A stretch of DNA of 64,000 bases, from positions 20,708,001 through 20,772,000 of the forward strand of contig CM060734.1 in the NCBI GenBank assembly GCA_030704615.1, given 5' to 3'. Made by a program: the position numbers and the translations under genes. This document shows positions 35,140 through 47,499 of this stretch, in pieces (position 1 is the stretch's first letter; each line of letters begins with the position of its first letter). The notes below the pieces were generated by a model. That model ran no database searches. It was not told the DNA's origin and saw only the letters and a list, made by a program, of their open reading frames with translations. This stretch comes from Takakia lepidozioides (taxonomy: Eukaryota > Plantae > Bryophyta).

Positions 35140-37268
35140 CTATCTGCTGCTGTAAAACCCCCCATGCGCTTCGCATGAGTCAACCAAATCGCATAGCAGC
35201 GCCAGATTATTGGCTTCCTTCCAAGCCTTGTTAGCCACAGAGTTCATTTCTATTGGCATGAGCGTTTGTTGCAATTCCAGGATGTACCTCTCTTGGTCAG
35301 CTTCAACCTGCCTATATTGCTTGAAGGTATTCTCATTGCGACAGATTGTATTCTTCATATCGACAATGAGTTTTCGCTTGCTCGACATTCTCTCTGCCTC
35401 TGCCTTCGTATCTTTCCACTTGACTGTTAACTTCTAATGTAGTGTGCTCAAGCGTAGTTGTGAGTGTAGCACATTGTATGGCCATCCTGTCATGCACTGT
35501 CTGCAACTCCGTATGTAGTGCATTCACTTCTTGCAACTTGCTTTTCATGCTTTTCACCTGCATTTGGTATAGCTGTTGCTTATGTGTTTTGTGCAACAAG
35601 TCTTGCGCGAGGCCTGCCTCAATCAATTGTTCCTTGGCTAATTGCAAAGCAGCTTTTGTACTCTCTAAGTCTTGCTGTATCTGAGAGTGAACCTTCATCG
35701 ACCTTGGTTGTACACTCAGTGGCAAGTCGAGCCTCAAACTCCTTCCTGAGTTCCTCCCTCAAAGCTGCCAATTGGGTAGTTGGAACATGGGATTTGACAT
35801 AAGTGCCCAACAAATTAAGTGTCATGCTTATAGAACTCATAAGCATGGCCTGTTGAGGGTCATCATGGTGAGCTTGCTGCTGTTCTCCCTGATCCTCAAC
35901 AGTGTGATGCCTCACGAACCATTCAGGCCATTGCCCCACCAGATTTTCTTCCTGAACCACTTCATCCGTCATAGGTGCTGCAGTGTCTTGACATTCTACC
36001 TATGGTACCTCCTGTCACAGTGTGTGTATTATATGCACCGCAGGTTTCCCCTGGACAACCGCTGCACCTCCGGAATCACTGTTTCCTGACCAGCCAGAAT
36101 TTTCATAGAGAAGGTCCCCTTCTCAATTTCTGCCACCACCTGTTCTGTAGTGGGGATATCTTTCTCCAAATCAATTATTTCTGGTGGAACTGCATGGACA
36201 ACTTGTGGTAACTCTGTGACAAGCCGATCATCTAGCTGTAATGGCTGTGATACTGAAGTAACTTCCTCTTCCCTCTCTGAAGGTCCTGCTCCCAATAATA
36301 GCAGCTCTCTGTGCTGTTGTGCCCCTTCCTGCACAAGAGCTTGGGAAACATTATCATGCGGTTTTTGTGAAGCCAGTGGATCCGCCACTATAGTCTTTCC
36401 CCGCCTCTGTCTCTTAGACTGGGTTGCCCTGCAGTCCACCCTCACTGTGTGAAGAGCCTTGCTCTTCATTGCAGTGGTTTCGTCTCAAACACTCCCATCT
36501 CCTTTCTTTCCCGAGCATCAAGTATGCAAGAATCAAGAATTATTTGAGCAATGATTGGGCCAGACACTATGATAGGAGACTTTGCGACAGTGCCCTGTAA
36601 TTTTTCATCTCCTCTACCAGTGCATTGTACATTATCCGCCCATGCTACCTCTTCTCCTCTCAGGGCTTTGAGTATTTCCTCTGTGAAGGATCTGCTCAAA
36701 TACTGTTGGTTCTGTTTCATGGCAAACAGAACGTTCAATACTTGGCCTACCTCTCTTAGCCCTGGGTAGACGGCCTTGGTACAAGCATAACCCTGAGTTT
36801 TAAAGAAACTCCCTTCTTGGAATAAGTCCCCTATTTGCAGTCTTGCCCTGTGCTCCTCCACATGCACCTGACCTGATGGCAATTCAAAACATTGCTGTAG
36901 GTATAGGGGAGTAATTTCTAATTCAACTCCCTTCACCGTTGTTGCTCCTGTCCTGTCCTAGGCTCAAAGTTATGCAAGAATTGTAACATGTACTGCCTAT
37001 GGTGCAATGTCCAATCTTTGCTTTGCAATCCTTCTAATCGCAGCTCCTTCAGTAACTGTACCGCCTGTGGAGTAGCAATCGTTTGTTTCTGCAGGATTGT
37101 GGTGCTCTTCACCCTGATTTCTTCCATTCCTCTCACTCTCTTCATTCTAGACCCACAGAAAGGTTTTGGCTGTAACAATTGAAGAAATGCCTGCAGGGCA
37201 CAAAGCATAAACGTATGGTTGCCACAAAATGCTATGGGTAATTTCTTGTAAGCCTGCGGGGCTTGCAA
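35140..37268 (-). pseudogene. Element B 3' accessory ORF, proximal part, with a coiled-coil-like C-terminus
   Basis: Chain of frameshifted minus-strand ORFs (36933-37268, 36466-36936, 36029-36469, 35619-35972, 35333-35737, 35140-35388), conserved in the copy at 15.4-16.9 kb. Confidence 0.7.
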
Positions 37269-38099
37269 GCATCGATTAAGAGAAAGATACTCTCTGTTCT
37301 TCTATCCCCGTGCCACTGCGTAAGTAGTATCGCGAGCGTATAGTCTGTTAGTTCCTCCATAGCTTCAAAGCTATAGCATTGATGGTCTGTCCCGTCGAGA
37401 CGCCCGTTACTTGGAACGACGCCGACTCTTGCGCTTAATTCCCCTCCATTTCTTGATTCTGCTTCTGGTTTTTGATTGGCTGTAACTGCTGTGACTGGAT
37501 TTTTAGATTTCATTTCCTTCCATGGATTTTCCACTCTGGACTGTCCACTAGGATAGCACATGTGACATGGATTTCGCTTTTGGTACTTTTAAGGGTTCCG
37601 TTACCCTTTTCCCTATGCATTAATGGGCCCATAATAAGTTAATGTGTCGGGTAGGTACTTTGACGGCCAATTTTGTCTTTTTCCTTGATGACAGTCACCC
37701 TTGCAATCCATGTCCGCTGTGTGTCTCGCCCTGGCGTTCACGTGTTCCATTTCTAACGTGCCTTGTCCACTTTTCCGCTGGCCACTCTCCGGATGTTAAC
37801 CCACGTCCACCTGTCACTGATCCTATGGATTGTGTAACCCTAGTAGGCTGTGTTTGGCTGTGACAGGCTGTGTCATACTGTGGTACGCTGTGATAGGCCT
37901 TGTGGTAAGCTGTGATAGGCTGTGTGCATGGGTGATAGGCTGTGTTGCGCCGTGCTGGGCTGTGATATGCTGTGTCGCGCCGTGCTGGGCTGTATAGGCT
38001 GTGTCGCGCTGTACTGCCCGCCCTGGTCATATACGCTCGGCCTAGCGACAAGTGCTCCATACTCTGTTGGTATCACTGGCGCAGCCCGTGACTGCTTTT

Positions 38100-41000
38100 G
38101 CGTTTCAACATGCAAATCATGCTGCAATGGTTTGTCATGGATACCACTGTACCCCTTCAACTTATTGGCATTGACTCTTCCCAGCATCTCTTTGTTAATG
38201 GTTTGTAACATGGCGGTGTTGTTATCATACATCTTCTGTATGACATAAGGTCCTTTCCATGGTGATTTAAGCTTAGAAGCTTTAATCTTTCCCTTCTTCT
38301 GCAACCAGAGAACCAAATCCCCGTCTTAAAAGTCTTTAACTTGCCTTCATCAAACTGTTCCTTCTCTTCATCTGAATTCTGGTCATATTATCAGCTGCAT
38401 CAGCACGTACTTCTTCCACATGGTATAATTCATGTTTCCTGACCTTAATTGAATCTTGCAATTCCATTCTCTTTCCCCATTCCGTTCTCATGGTAGTAAC
38501 AGGAATTCCACTGGAAGTAAAGCTTCCATACCATAAACTAATTGGAATGGTGTATACTTAGTGGACTTTATATGAAGTCCTGTATGACCACAAAGCTGTC
38601 AGCAGCTTTGTATCCCAATCCGTTCTGTTTGCATTGACTATCTTAGCCAAGATAGTACATAGTATTTTGTTGGTAGCCTCTGCCTGCCATTACCCTGTGG
38701 GTAATAGGTTGTACTCTTCCTATGCACAATCATGAACTCTTAGTCAATAATTCAATGGTCTCATTAATGAAGTGACTTCCCTGATCACTGATAAATTCCA
38801 AGGGACAGCCAAATCGTGTAAGTATGTTCTCATACAGGAACCTTGTTGTGGACTTGGCTGTGTTGTCCCTCAAAGCTTTAGCTTCCACCCACTTCGTAGT
38901 ATAATCAGTGGCTGTAATTATGTACCTGTTCTGTGTATTCTTGGCTGGTGGGTTAATTGGTCCAACAAAGTCTAGTCCCCATTTCTGAAATGGTTCCGTA
39001 GGCATTGTAGGATGCAAAGCCATCTTCCCAGATCTCTGCAAAGGTCCTAGCCTCTGACATTCATCACAACTCTGACAATACTTGTGTACATCTTTGAACA
39101 AAGTAGGCCACCAGTAACCTGCATGTAGTATCTTCCTACTGGTAGTCTCTTCTCCAAAATGACCTCCTGCCACTCCTTTATGAACTTCCTCCAAAACTTT
39201 ATTAACTTCATGGTGGTATAAGCATCGCTTCAGCACTCCATCTGGTCCTAGCTTATACATTCTGCTCCCTACCATAGTGTAAGGTAGAGCCTTGATAGCA
39301 ATTCTCTTTTTCTGCTCCTTTCCATAACTTGGTGGGCACTGACCATGAGCAAGGTAGTATCTGATTGGCCACTGCCAATCTAACCAGTCATCTGCACTTC
39401 CCTGCACCTCCACTGCAAATAGACTCGCATCTGGTAATTGATCATCTACTCCCGTGGCTGGTTCTCCTGTTGATAACCGTGACAAGTGATCCGCCACAAG
39501 ATGCAGCCTCCCAGGCTTGTAAACAACCTCGAACTCAAACTCGTGCAAGATTATCAACCATCTTGCTATTCTTCCGCTTATCAGAGGTTTGTTTTACCAG
39601 GTATATCAGAGCCTGGTGATCCACATAGAACATAAACTTCTTGCCCAACAGGTAATGCCTGAATTTTCTTCACTGCATAGATCATTGCCAATGCTTCTCT
39701 TTCCGTTGTGCTATAATTTCTTTCGCATTGTTCATCAAAAATCGGCTAGCATAGTAGTACACAGGTGGATCTATCCTTCCTGTAACATTTTGGGCTAACC
39801 TGCTCCTCTGTGCTCCTCCAGAAAGCATCACAGGTGAACATGAAATATTTCCTGCCAGTGAGGATTAATCAGCATAGGTGTAGTTATTTACGGACAATGT
39901 AAGTTCCTCAAAGCCTGTTGACATTCAGGTGGCCATGCAAACACTTGCATCTTCTTTCTCTTCAGAAGTTTGGCTCAATGTGCTGCTATCTGTGCATACC
40001 GTCTGACAAATCTTCTGTAATAACTGGTTTGCCCAGGAATCTCCTTAGACTCTTAACATTCACGGTGGTGGAGAGGCTTTAATGGCCTCGGTTTTCCTGG
40101 GATCCACAAGAAGTCCCTCTTATATACACAATGGTGTCCCAGAAGCACCCTGAGTTCACACATAAAGTACACTTCTCTCTGGATTCAGGCCCAGACCTCT
40201 CATCCTACATCTGGCCAGACATAACTCCAATTTATGCAAGTGCTCATTCTTAGAGCTGTACACACTGAAATCAATCCAGAACACCTGCATGAAATCATCC
40301 AGATACTCATGAAAAGATTCACTTATCACTCTCTGAAAGGTTGCTGGTGCATTACAAAGTCCAAAGGGCATGACTTTGTATGCATAAGCACCCCAGTCTG
40401 TGATGAAAGCTGTCTTTCCTTGGTCTTCTTCTGCCACTTGCACTTGATTATAACCACTGAAGCCATCCATGAATGAGTACATCCTCATGGCCTGCCACAG
40501 TGTCCAATACTGCTTCTGTGAATGGCAATGGGAAAGGATCTTTCTTCGTACAAGCATTCAGCTTCTTGTAGTTCACACAACTCTTAGTTTACCATTCTTC
40601 TTGGGAACTATCACAATGGGTGACAACCATGTTGTATACTCTATTGGGTATATAAACTTAGTCTCAGCCAACTCTTGATCTCTTCTCCAACCTTCTGTGC
40701 ATAGTTGGGATTCATTTGTACCTTGCCTGCTTGATTGGTACTGATCCCAGTTCCAGTTCAATCTTATGGCTGACAGATTTCAGGTGGTATCCCTTTTAGA
40801 TCCTCATAGCTCCAAGCAAATACATCTCTGTATTTGATGAACAAACTCTTAGCTTCTTCAAAGAATTCTGGCTCCAATTCAGCAGCTCCTACCTTCACCA
40901 TCCTTGGTTCCTCTTCAGTTCCCACATTCACTTCCCTCACCTGCTCATCAGCTGTGATTGTCCAACCAGTCACACTTCATCCTGTAAACTCACAGTGGGT

Positions 41001-44000
41001 GGTTCCTCTAGGATTTCCATTTCTCCTTCTCTTTCTTCATAGAAATGTGTGGGTAACTGCTGGTTTCCTCTTCAATTCGGTGTTGCTGACACTACACCAC
41101 AGCAGATCCTTCTTAAACACTTAGGCCTTCCAGCCGCATCTCTGCAACTACTCCCACTCTGGTGTGCAGCGAATAGGGTAGCTTCCTGCTCCTCATCCAG
41201 TCCTCCTCTCCAATCATACTCTCTGACTCCTCCCCTCGAGGTCTTCTCGTAGCAGGTAATCTACTAGATTTCTTTGTGGTAATTTGTATCTCGTGCATCC
41301 CATTATGCACGGTTAGTAACTGAGAATTCCAGTCATGGAATACCCTGGCCTGTTTCAGCCACGGACGTCCCAATAATAAGGAGTAAGCCTCCATGACTTC
41401 ATCCATCTTCAACACAGTTACTGTGATCATAAAGATCATCTTCTGTATCTATCTTAACTCCTCTTATCAATCCCAATGGTTGTACACTTCTTTGATCTGC
41501 CATTGTTACTGTAAATGGGGCTGGTTTCATGTTACTTAGACCAAGCTTCTTCCTTAATTGGTCTATCATGATATTTACTCCAGAGCCTCCATCTATCAGT
41601 ACATCAGTTAGTTCTGTACTTCCAATTCTCAATTGGATTACTGGCATAGAATCATCAAAGTCCATGACTGTTTCTCGCCCTTCCGGCTCCATAATTATAA
41701 CTGGTCACCTTGCTGTTCAGGTCTATGTTTCCTGTCTCCTGGGCAATTCGATTGATTGCTTGATACAGCCTGTGTCTACAATAGGCCACAGCCAATAGCT
41801 GTCCAATGGTAATCTCTGCTTTGGTCTGGCATATTACTTCAGCCAAAGTCTCTCTTCATTACTTTGCATGTCTGCATCTTCTTTCTTCCTTTCATCCTCA
41901 CTCACTTCTTTCTCTCCATCAGAATCAGAGGAATCTACCACAGGAATATCAGTACTCTTTGCATTTCCCTTATGGTATCTGCCACTTCCCTTGTGCAGTT
42001 CCTTCTCATCTCTCCAAGCCTCATCATCTTCAGGCATATCACTGCCACCTTCACCTTCATTATCACCATCTTCCTCAACTATTGGAGGTATTAGTTTGGC
42101 TTTGCTTCTTGTTACTATCATTGTACTTACTTCTGGTACAACACATGGCCTAACCATGTGAGCTGCCCACTGGGCCCTCATTCACAGGAGCTCTCATCTC
42201 ATTCTGGTGTCTAATCCAGAATGAACAGGCTGCCTTGCGATGTCCTGGCTGATTACAATAGTAACACAGTTCTTCACCATTGGGTCCTCGCCCTTGGTCT
42301 GCTCTTGGATTATTTCTGTAATCCTGATTCCCTGGCTGGTAATTCCCCCTTGGATTACCCTGATAGTTGCCTCTGGAATTTCCTCGGTAATTCCCTCTTG
42401 AATTACCTCTCCCTTCCATGCCATTGTTATAACCACCAGGCCTACCATAGTGGTCCTGATCATTGTTTCTTCTTGGCTTGGCTGGGGCACTTGATGCACC
42501 CTTACTTGCCTAGGTTCTCTTGCAGCTGTCCTTCTGTTGTAGTAACAATTCTCAGTACAAATGGTTATCCATTTTACAATAGTACAGTGTGTTTCTCCTT
42601 CATGTGGCATTCAGTGGTGGTATGGCCTTCATTCTGGCACTTTGCACACCAAACACCCTTCCTCCAATGTGTTGCAGCAGTGTTCATACTTCTCAAGATT
42701 TCTTCTAATCTTTTCTCAGTTCCCTCTTCAACTTCTCCTTTCTCTTACTCTCCTTTTCTTGCTCTTCTTCTCATCTGACTCATCCTCAGAGTCCTCATCA
42801 TCCCTTTTCTCTCTCCTGAGCATTCCCAATGCTCAATTATGTTCAGTTTCCAAATGCCTCCTCCATGTAGGTAACATACCACTTCTGCAACTCGGTCTTA
42901 GTCCCTCACAAACCAAGTCTTCTGTAAACCTGGTGCTGGTACTGCCAACTTTTTCATCATCAATTCCATCTTTTCCATATACTCCTCAACAGTTTCATGC
43001 TTCTTTTGCTTTAACTATGTAAACTTCCACACACTTCATCCTCAGTTTTACTTGTCCTGAACCTATTTCGGAATGTTGTATTCAAGCCATTCCAGGTTAG
43101 GAAATGATTATCAGGGAATCTTGCATACCATTCACTTGCTTTCTTGATAAAGTGAACAAGGAAACAATCTCATCTTGGCATCATCGCCATTCTCATTGTT
43201 CACTACACATGTGCTCAAATTGGCTAATGTGTACATCGGGATCCCCTTTTCCTGAATATATTGGAAAAGGTTGTTTTGCCCGTGTTGGTTGTAACGCCAT
43301 CTGTGGCCCTACCTTCTGCCCACTGACAGGTGCTTCAGGACCTGTTGTTGTTGTGGTGGATCTTCCACCAAGTGGTGGCCCTTGAGCACTCCCTGCTACT
43401 GGCCCCATATTCACAGTATTCCCAGCTCTAGTTGCACTACTTCCTACACCCTGTCCCCCCAGAGCCAGATCCAGGCAGCCCGCCTGATCCCCCTGAGCCG
43501 ACACCTTCGTTGGCCTGTGATCCAAGTGCTCCACTTGATCCAGGTCCAACGGGTTGGGATGTCCTGGTTGTAGTCTCAACCTCAGCTGTTGGGTCTACTT
43601 CTTCATACTCTTCTCTTCCAATTTCTTCTCTCTATTTTCATCCTCCAAGTTCTGCCCTTGGGTTTCTTCTTCACTCATGTAACTCAACTGTAATGGTGTT
43701 GGAGAGTCTGAACTCTCCGTTGGCTCTGCCACATCCTCTCCTCCTTCTTCACCTTCCGCTTCAGAAACTGGAGTTCCTGCTTTTGGTGTTCCATGCCAAC
43801 TCTTATCAAAGATTTCTGTCAAATCTTTTATCCAGGATGTACCTCAGATCTTTCACCTCGTGATTGATCTTCTTCCCGTACCAATTCCCTTAATCTTTCT
43901 TGCAAAGAAAAAGAAGGAGTGGCATCCAACTCTAGTTCTTCCGGTATGGGTGATGTACTCTCTGATCTTAATGGTGTGAGAGGTCCAGATGATTCCCCTA

Positions 44001-44100
44001 TGTCTATTCCTCTCTCCCAAAGATATGGATAATTAGCTTTCAGATAGCTTTCTCTTTTTGCTGAATATCTCTGGCGTTTATCTTCTCTTTCATCACTCAT
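38100..44100 (-). pseudogene. pol: Element B gag-pol (frameshifted)
   Basis: Zinc knuckle CYYCNQPGHRKAAC; PR VLIDGGSGVNI; RT FMDGFSGYNQV...MPFGLCNAPATFQR; INT HKGVAGGHF...CDEC, WGLDFVGP, SDQGSHF; WKGPY. Confidence 0.93.
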
Positions 44101-44685
44101 GTCCCATGTCTTTCATTTATTTTAATGTGGCAATAACCAAACCTCTCTTCTGTAATATCTCTCGTATATGCCTGGGTTTCTTCAAGCTTCAATGCACCCT
44201 TGGCTATACTAGAAGTCTCCGTTACCATATAACCATATGGCAAACAAGTCTGGAAAGCTGTTCTTGGTGTGAGTTTGATCCACAAAATATCCTTTGGAAT
44301 CCAATTTTTACCAGTACAAGCTCTTCATGCATAGAGAAAACATTCACCTTTCTTTCTTCCTCCCAGCCTTCAAACTCTACTCGCTTAATGGATAGCAATG
44401 TTATCACATAAACCAGTGTTGGTAACCACGTGCTCTTCCTCTACAGGCCACCTGATAAATCTTTATCACTCATTTCTCCAGACCCCACTTAGGGTCAGCA
44501 TCATGCACTCTCTTAAGAATGTTTTCTTTACAACCGTCTGGCAATTCCAAGAACCTCTGAAAGAATCGTTTGGACAATCTTTCCTTCTCAGTTTCACAGG
44601 GAATTTGATTCACATCAAATTCTTTAATTCTCCATCCACCATGATCCCAGCAGATGCCTGTCACATCTGGTTGTTCATGACCCAA

Positions 44686-44704
44686 GTTCCCCATATGGTC
44701 GCCA
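44686..44704 (-). promoter_or_regulatory. Primer-binding site of element B (tRNA-Arg-like)
   Basis: TGGCGACCATATGGGGAAC, 2 nt downstream of the 5' LTR end. Confidence 0.7.
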
Positions 44705-44706
44705 AA

Positions 44707-45653
44707 TGTCGCGCGGCTTTTACCAACCCATCCCTTCGCTACCGAGGCGGGAACTCCAAGATAGAAGAGTTGGAAATCTCTAAGCATCATCAGCCCCTCA
44801 GAATAAATCAGTCATGACCTACAACTAGTGTAATCATGGGGTGTTTTCCTATTTGTTTTCCTTCCCCATTCATGTTGCTAGTTACTTACTGTTGGTATTT
44901 AAGTATCAGTTTGCTTCAGCAATCTATCGGATTCCATCACTCATCCATCCATTCCACAGCTTCACTCAGATCTCTCTACATAGTGTGAGTATGAAGTATG
45001 TATCAGATTAATATCTATCAAGTATCAGGCTGAAGCCATGGTATCTTTATTCTGCTCTACATTACAACTCTACTTCTGCATTCAGCAAGGATCAACAGAT
45101 CATTCTCCTCCTACTCCGTGCTCTCCCTCTTTCTGCTCAGAGATGCGCTCTCCGCTTCATTTCCAAGTTCTTGATCCCCCCCCCCCCCCCCCCCCCCCCC
45201 CGCCGAAGTCCTTCCAGAAGTGATCCTCTTCCCCCAGAAGTGATGATTTTTCAGTCCTCGCTCCTGGCTTTATCTTCCTAACCGTTGTTCTAACCGTTTC
45301 CCTCACTAACCGTCATCCATGAACTAACATGTTCCATTCGCAGATGTTGTTCCCCACAGTCGTTCCCTGTCCTGCTATCCGTTCCCTATGGTCGTGACAG
45401 CTGTGTCAAGCTGTGACTGGATGTGTGAAACTGTGACGGGCTGTGACTGGCTGTGCGACTGTGTTGGGCTGTGTCGGGCTGTGTCAAGCTATGACTAGCT
45501 GTGCGACTGTGTCGGGCTGTGTTGGCTGTGTCTCTCCCCCCTAAAGCCTGTTGCTGTCACCCCTAAGGCTCCTGTTGGTCTCAGTTTGTGTAAAAATTAA
45601 GGGTACCCCACAGATCCCGTAAACGCGTCTAAGTCCCAGACAGTCCTCTAACA
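44707..45653 (-). repeat. 5' LTR of element B
   Basis: Matches 20755-21746; C26 run at 45176-45201. Confidence 0.95.
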
Positions 45654-45860
45654 GTCTTCCCACTCTGCCTCCAAGTCAATCGGCTCCTCTCCACCATTGA
45701 AAAGCAATTACAAAATAGTACTATCATACAAGTATCTTTGACCAAGACTCTGAGCATAGCATACCTCATGCCATCATCGCAAGACACTGAGTCCAACAAT
45801 TTCTGCAGGTCTTATCGTCTCTCTGAATTGTTGTAACTCGGACATTTGTGCCTTCATGGT

Positions 45861-47051
45861 CTATTCCATCACATCCATCTCCCCTTGCTGCTCAGCGCGA
45901 TAAGAATCAAATTCCTGCTGCAAAACTACATATCGTTCCTCAGGATTGACTATGGTGGCAGGTTGTTTCCCCCTCTCTGCTACTTGCTTGGTAATCTTTG
46001 CCAATTGACTCTCAAATTCAATGACACGAGCCTCTTTTGACCTCATCTGCTCTGCCTGTGTAGCAATGACTGCATCCTTTTCAACAATAGTCTGCTGCTG
46101 ACGAGCCTCTTTCATCTTCCACTGATCGTGGAATTTGTGGAGTTCTTTTATATCTGCTTCTATTCTCTTCTTCGCATCATCCCACGCAAGCTGCAACTGT
46201 TGATTCCGTGATAAGGTGGCAGTATGCACAACCCTCAAATCGGCCAATTCTTTCTGCACGTCCTCATGATCCAGGGCTTCTGCTGCTACCAATTGCAATC
46301 CCTCAACCAAGTCACGAAGCTTTGTCGCAAAAGACGATTGACTGGCTACATTTTTGCCTCCTGATTCTATCAATGCAACAGTGGTAGTATCAGTCACCAA
46401 TATTGAGGCTTTTTCATTCGCCCTGCTCGACTCCGGTCTGTCAATAATCTCCGTATCATTTGTATCGACAGAAGGTGGCACCTTCAATCGATGTTGCAAA
46501 ATCATAGACAAATAGGTTGCACAAAACAAAGTATCGGTCTTACCAGCCTTCCTCTTTGCTACTATCTCCTCATGGATCTTTCCACACACAAATCCTGCCC
46601 AATCAATTTGCAGACCCATGAATGTCACTACTACTGCATTGAGTTGCGATGACGCGACATACGTAGCAGCCTTCTTCAGGGCTAACCGGCTCACTGCAAA
46701 TTTCATCCACTCCATCAATTCTGGATTCGCTGCTTTAGCAACTGCCCAACCCCCAGTTCGATTGAGAGCACCCTCCTTAAAATGGTTTGCAGGAACAAAA
46801 GACTCATCTTTAAATCCATCAACTTCAATCCCTGGTGAGGGTAAAAGCAAGACCTCTGTTACAGTGCGGGCATCAACAATGATAGGCGAGCCCTTCACTA
46901 TTCCACTCTTTGAGTTAGGATCATAAGAATTGTAAAATTGCATCACTAATGTCATGCTAGGCTTCGGCAGACCCTTCAAACAAATAATCAAAAATTCCAT
47001 CATCTGCGCTTGTCTCCAAAACGCTTTTTGCTCTCGTTCACCCAAAATCAT
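45861..47051 (-). CDS. Element A 3' accessory ORF (396 aa, coiled-coil-like C-terminus), at the Athila env-like position
   Basis: Long open ORF downstream of integrase, same strand as pol; no clear transmembrane envelope features. Confidence 0.65.
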   Translation of the reverse strand: MILGEREQKAFWRQAQMMEFLIICLKGLPKPSMTLVMQFYNSYDPNSKSGIVKGSPIIVDARTVTEVLLLPSPGIEVDGFKDESFVPANHFKEGALNRTGGWAVAKAANPELMEWMKFAVSRLALKKAATYVASSQLNAVVVTFMGLQIDWAGFVCGKIHEEIVAKRKAGKTDTLFCATYLSMILQHRLKVPPSVDTNDTEIIDRPESSRANEKASILVTDTTTVALIESGGKNVASQSSFATKLRDLVEGLQLVAAEALDHEDVQKELADLRVVHTATLSRNQQLQLAWDDAKKRIEADIKELHKFHDQWKMKEARQQQTIVEKDAVIATQAEQMRSKEARVIEFESQLAKITKQVAERGKQPATIVNPEERYVVLQQEFDSYRAEQQGEMDVME

Positions 47052-47499
47052 ATAAATGTCACAACTCCTTCATTCTTCTGCCATCATAGAAACCGGCGGT
47101 GGCAATGGTTGCTGCACAGCTTTCTTCACCATCGTGACGGATTGACTTGGAACACTGATTTGCTCCCCAACACTCACTACACTCAAAACTCTCTATCGCT
47201 CAGTACTCTCACTTCTCACTGTGACATACTTTGCGAATTGCAAGAACACTGGCAGAGAACAAAAAGGATAACCAGAAGAATGGCAAGAAGAGCCCCACTC
47301 CTATCTATCGCTCAGGGTAACCTGTCTTAACAGCTGGCAAATACGGAGTCAATCATTAAACCCTAACCGCCACCCCAACATTGTAACAGATTGTACAGCC
47401 AACGGCGTAACGGCGTAAATATACTCATAATGACAATGCTGACAGACACATACGTATTGATACCCCCTCCGACTTAACCTAAATTCTGCCCACAGAAAC

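Larger units (their letters stand above)
20755..45653 (-). mobile_element. Element B: full-length non-chromovirus Ty3/Gypsy LTR retrotransposon with 3' accessory ORFs, interrupted by element C
   Basis: LTRs TGTCGCGCGG...CCTCTAACA at 20755-21746 and 44707-45653. TSD GTCTT (20750-20754 and 45654-45658). PBS TGGCGACCATATGGGGAAC. PPT GAGAGGGGAAGGGG (minus strand) next to 21746. Confidence 0.95.

Noticed and set aside
45861-47051. Calling the element A accessory ORF a true envelope gene
   Set aside because: No signal peptide or clear transmembrane anchor; only the position matches.
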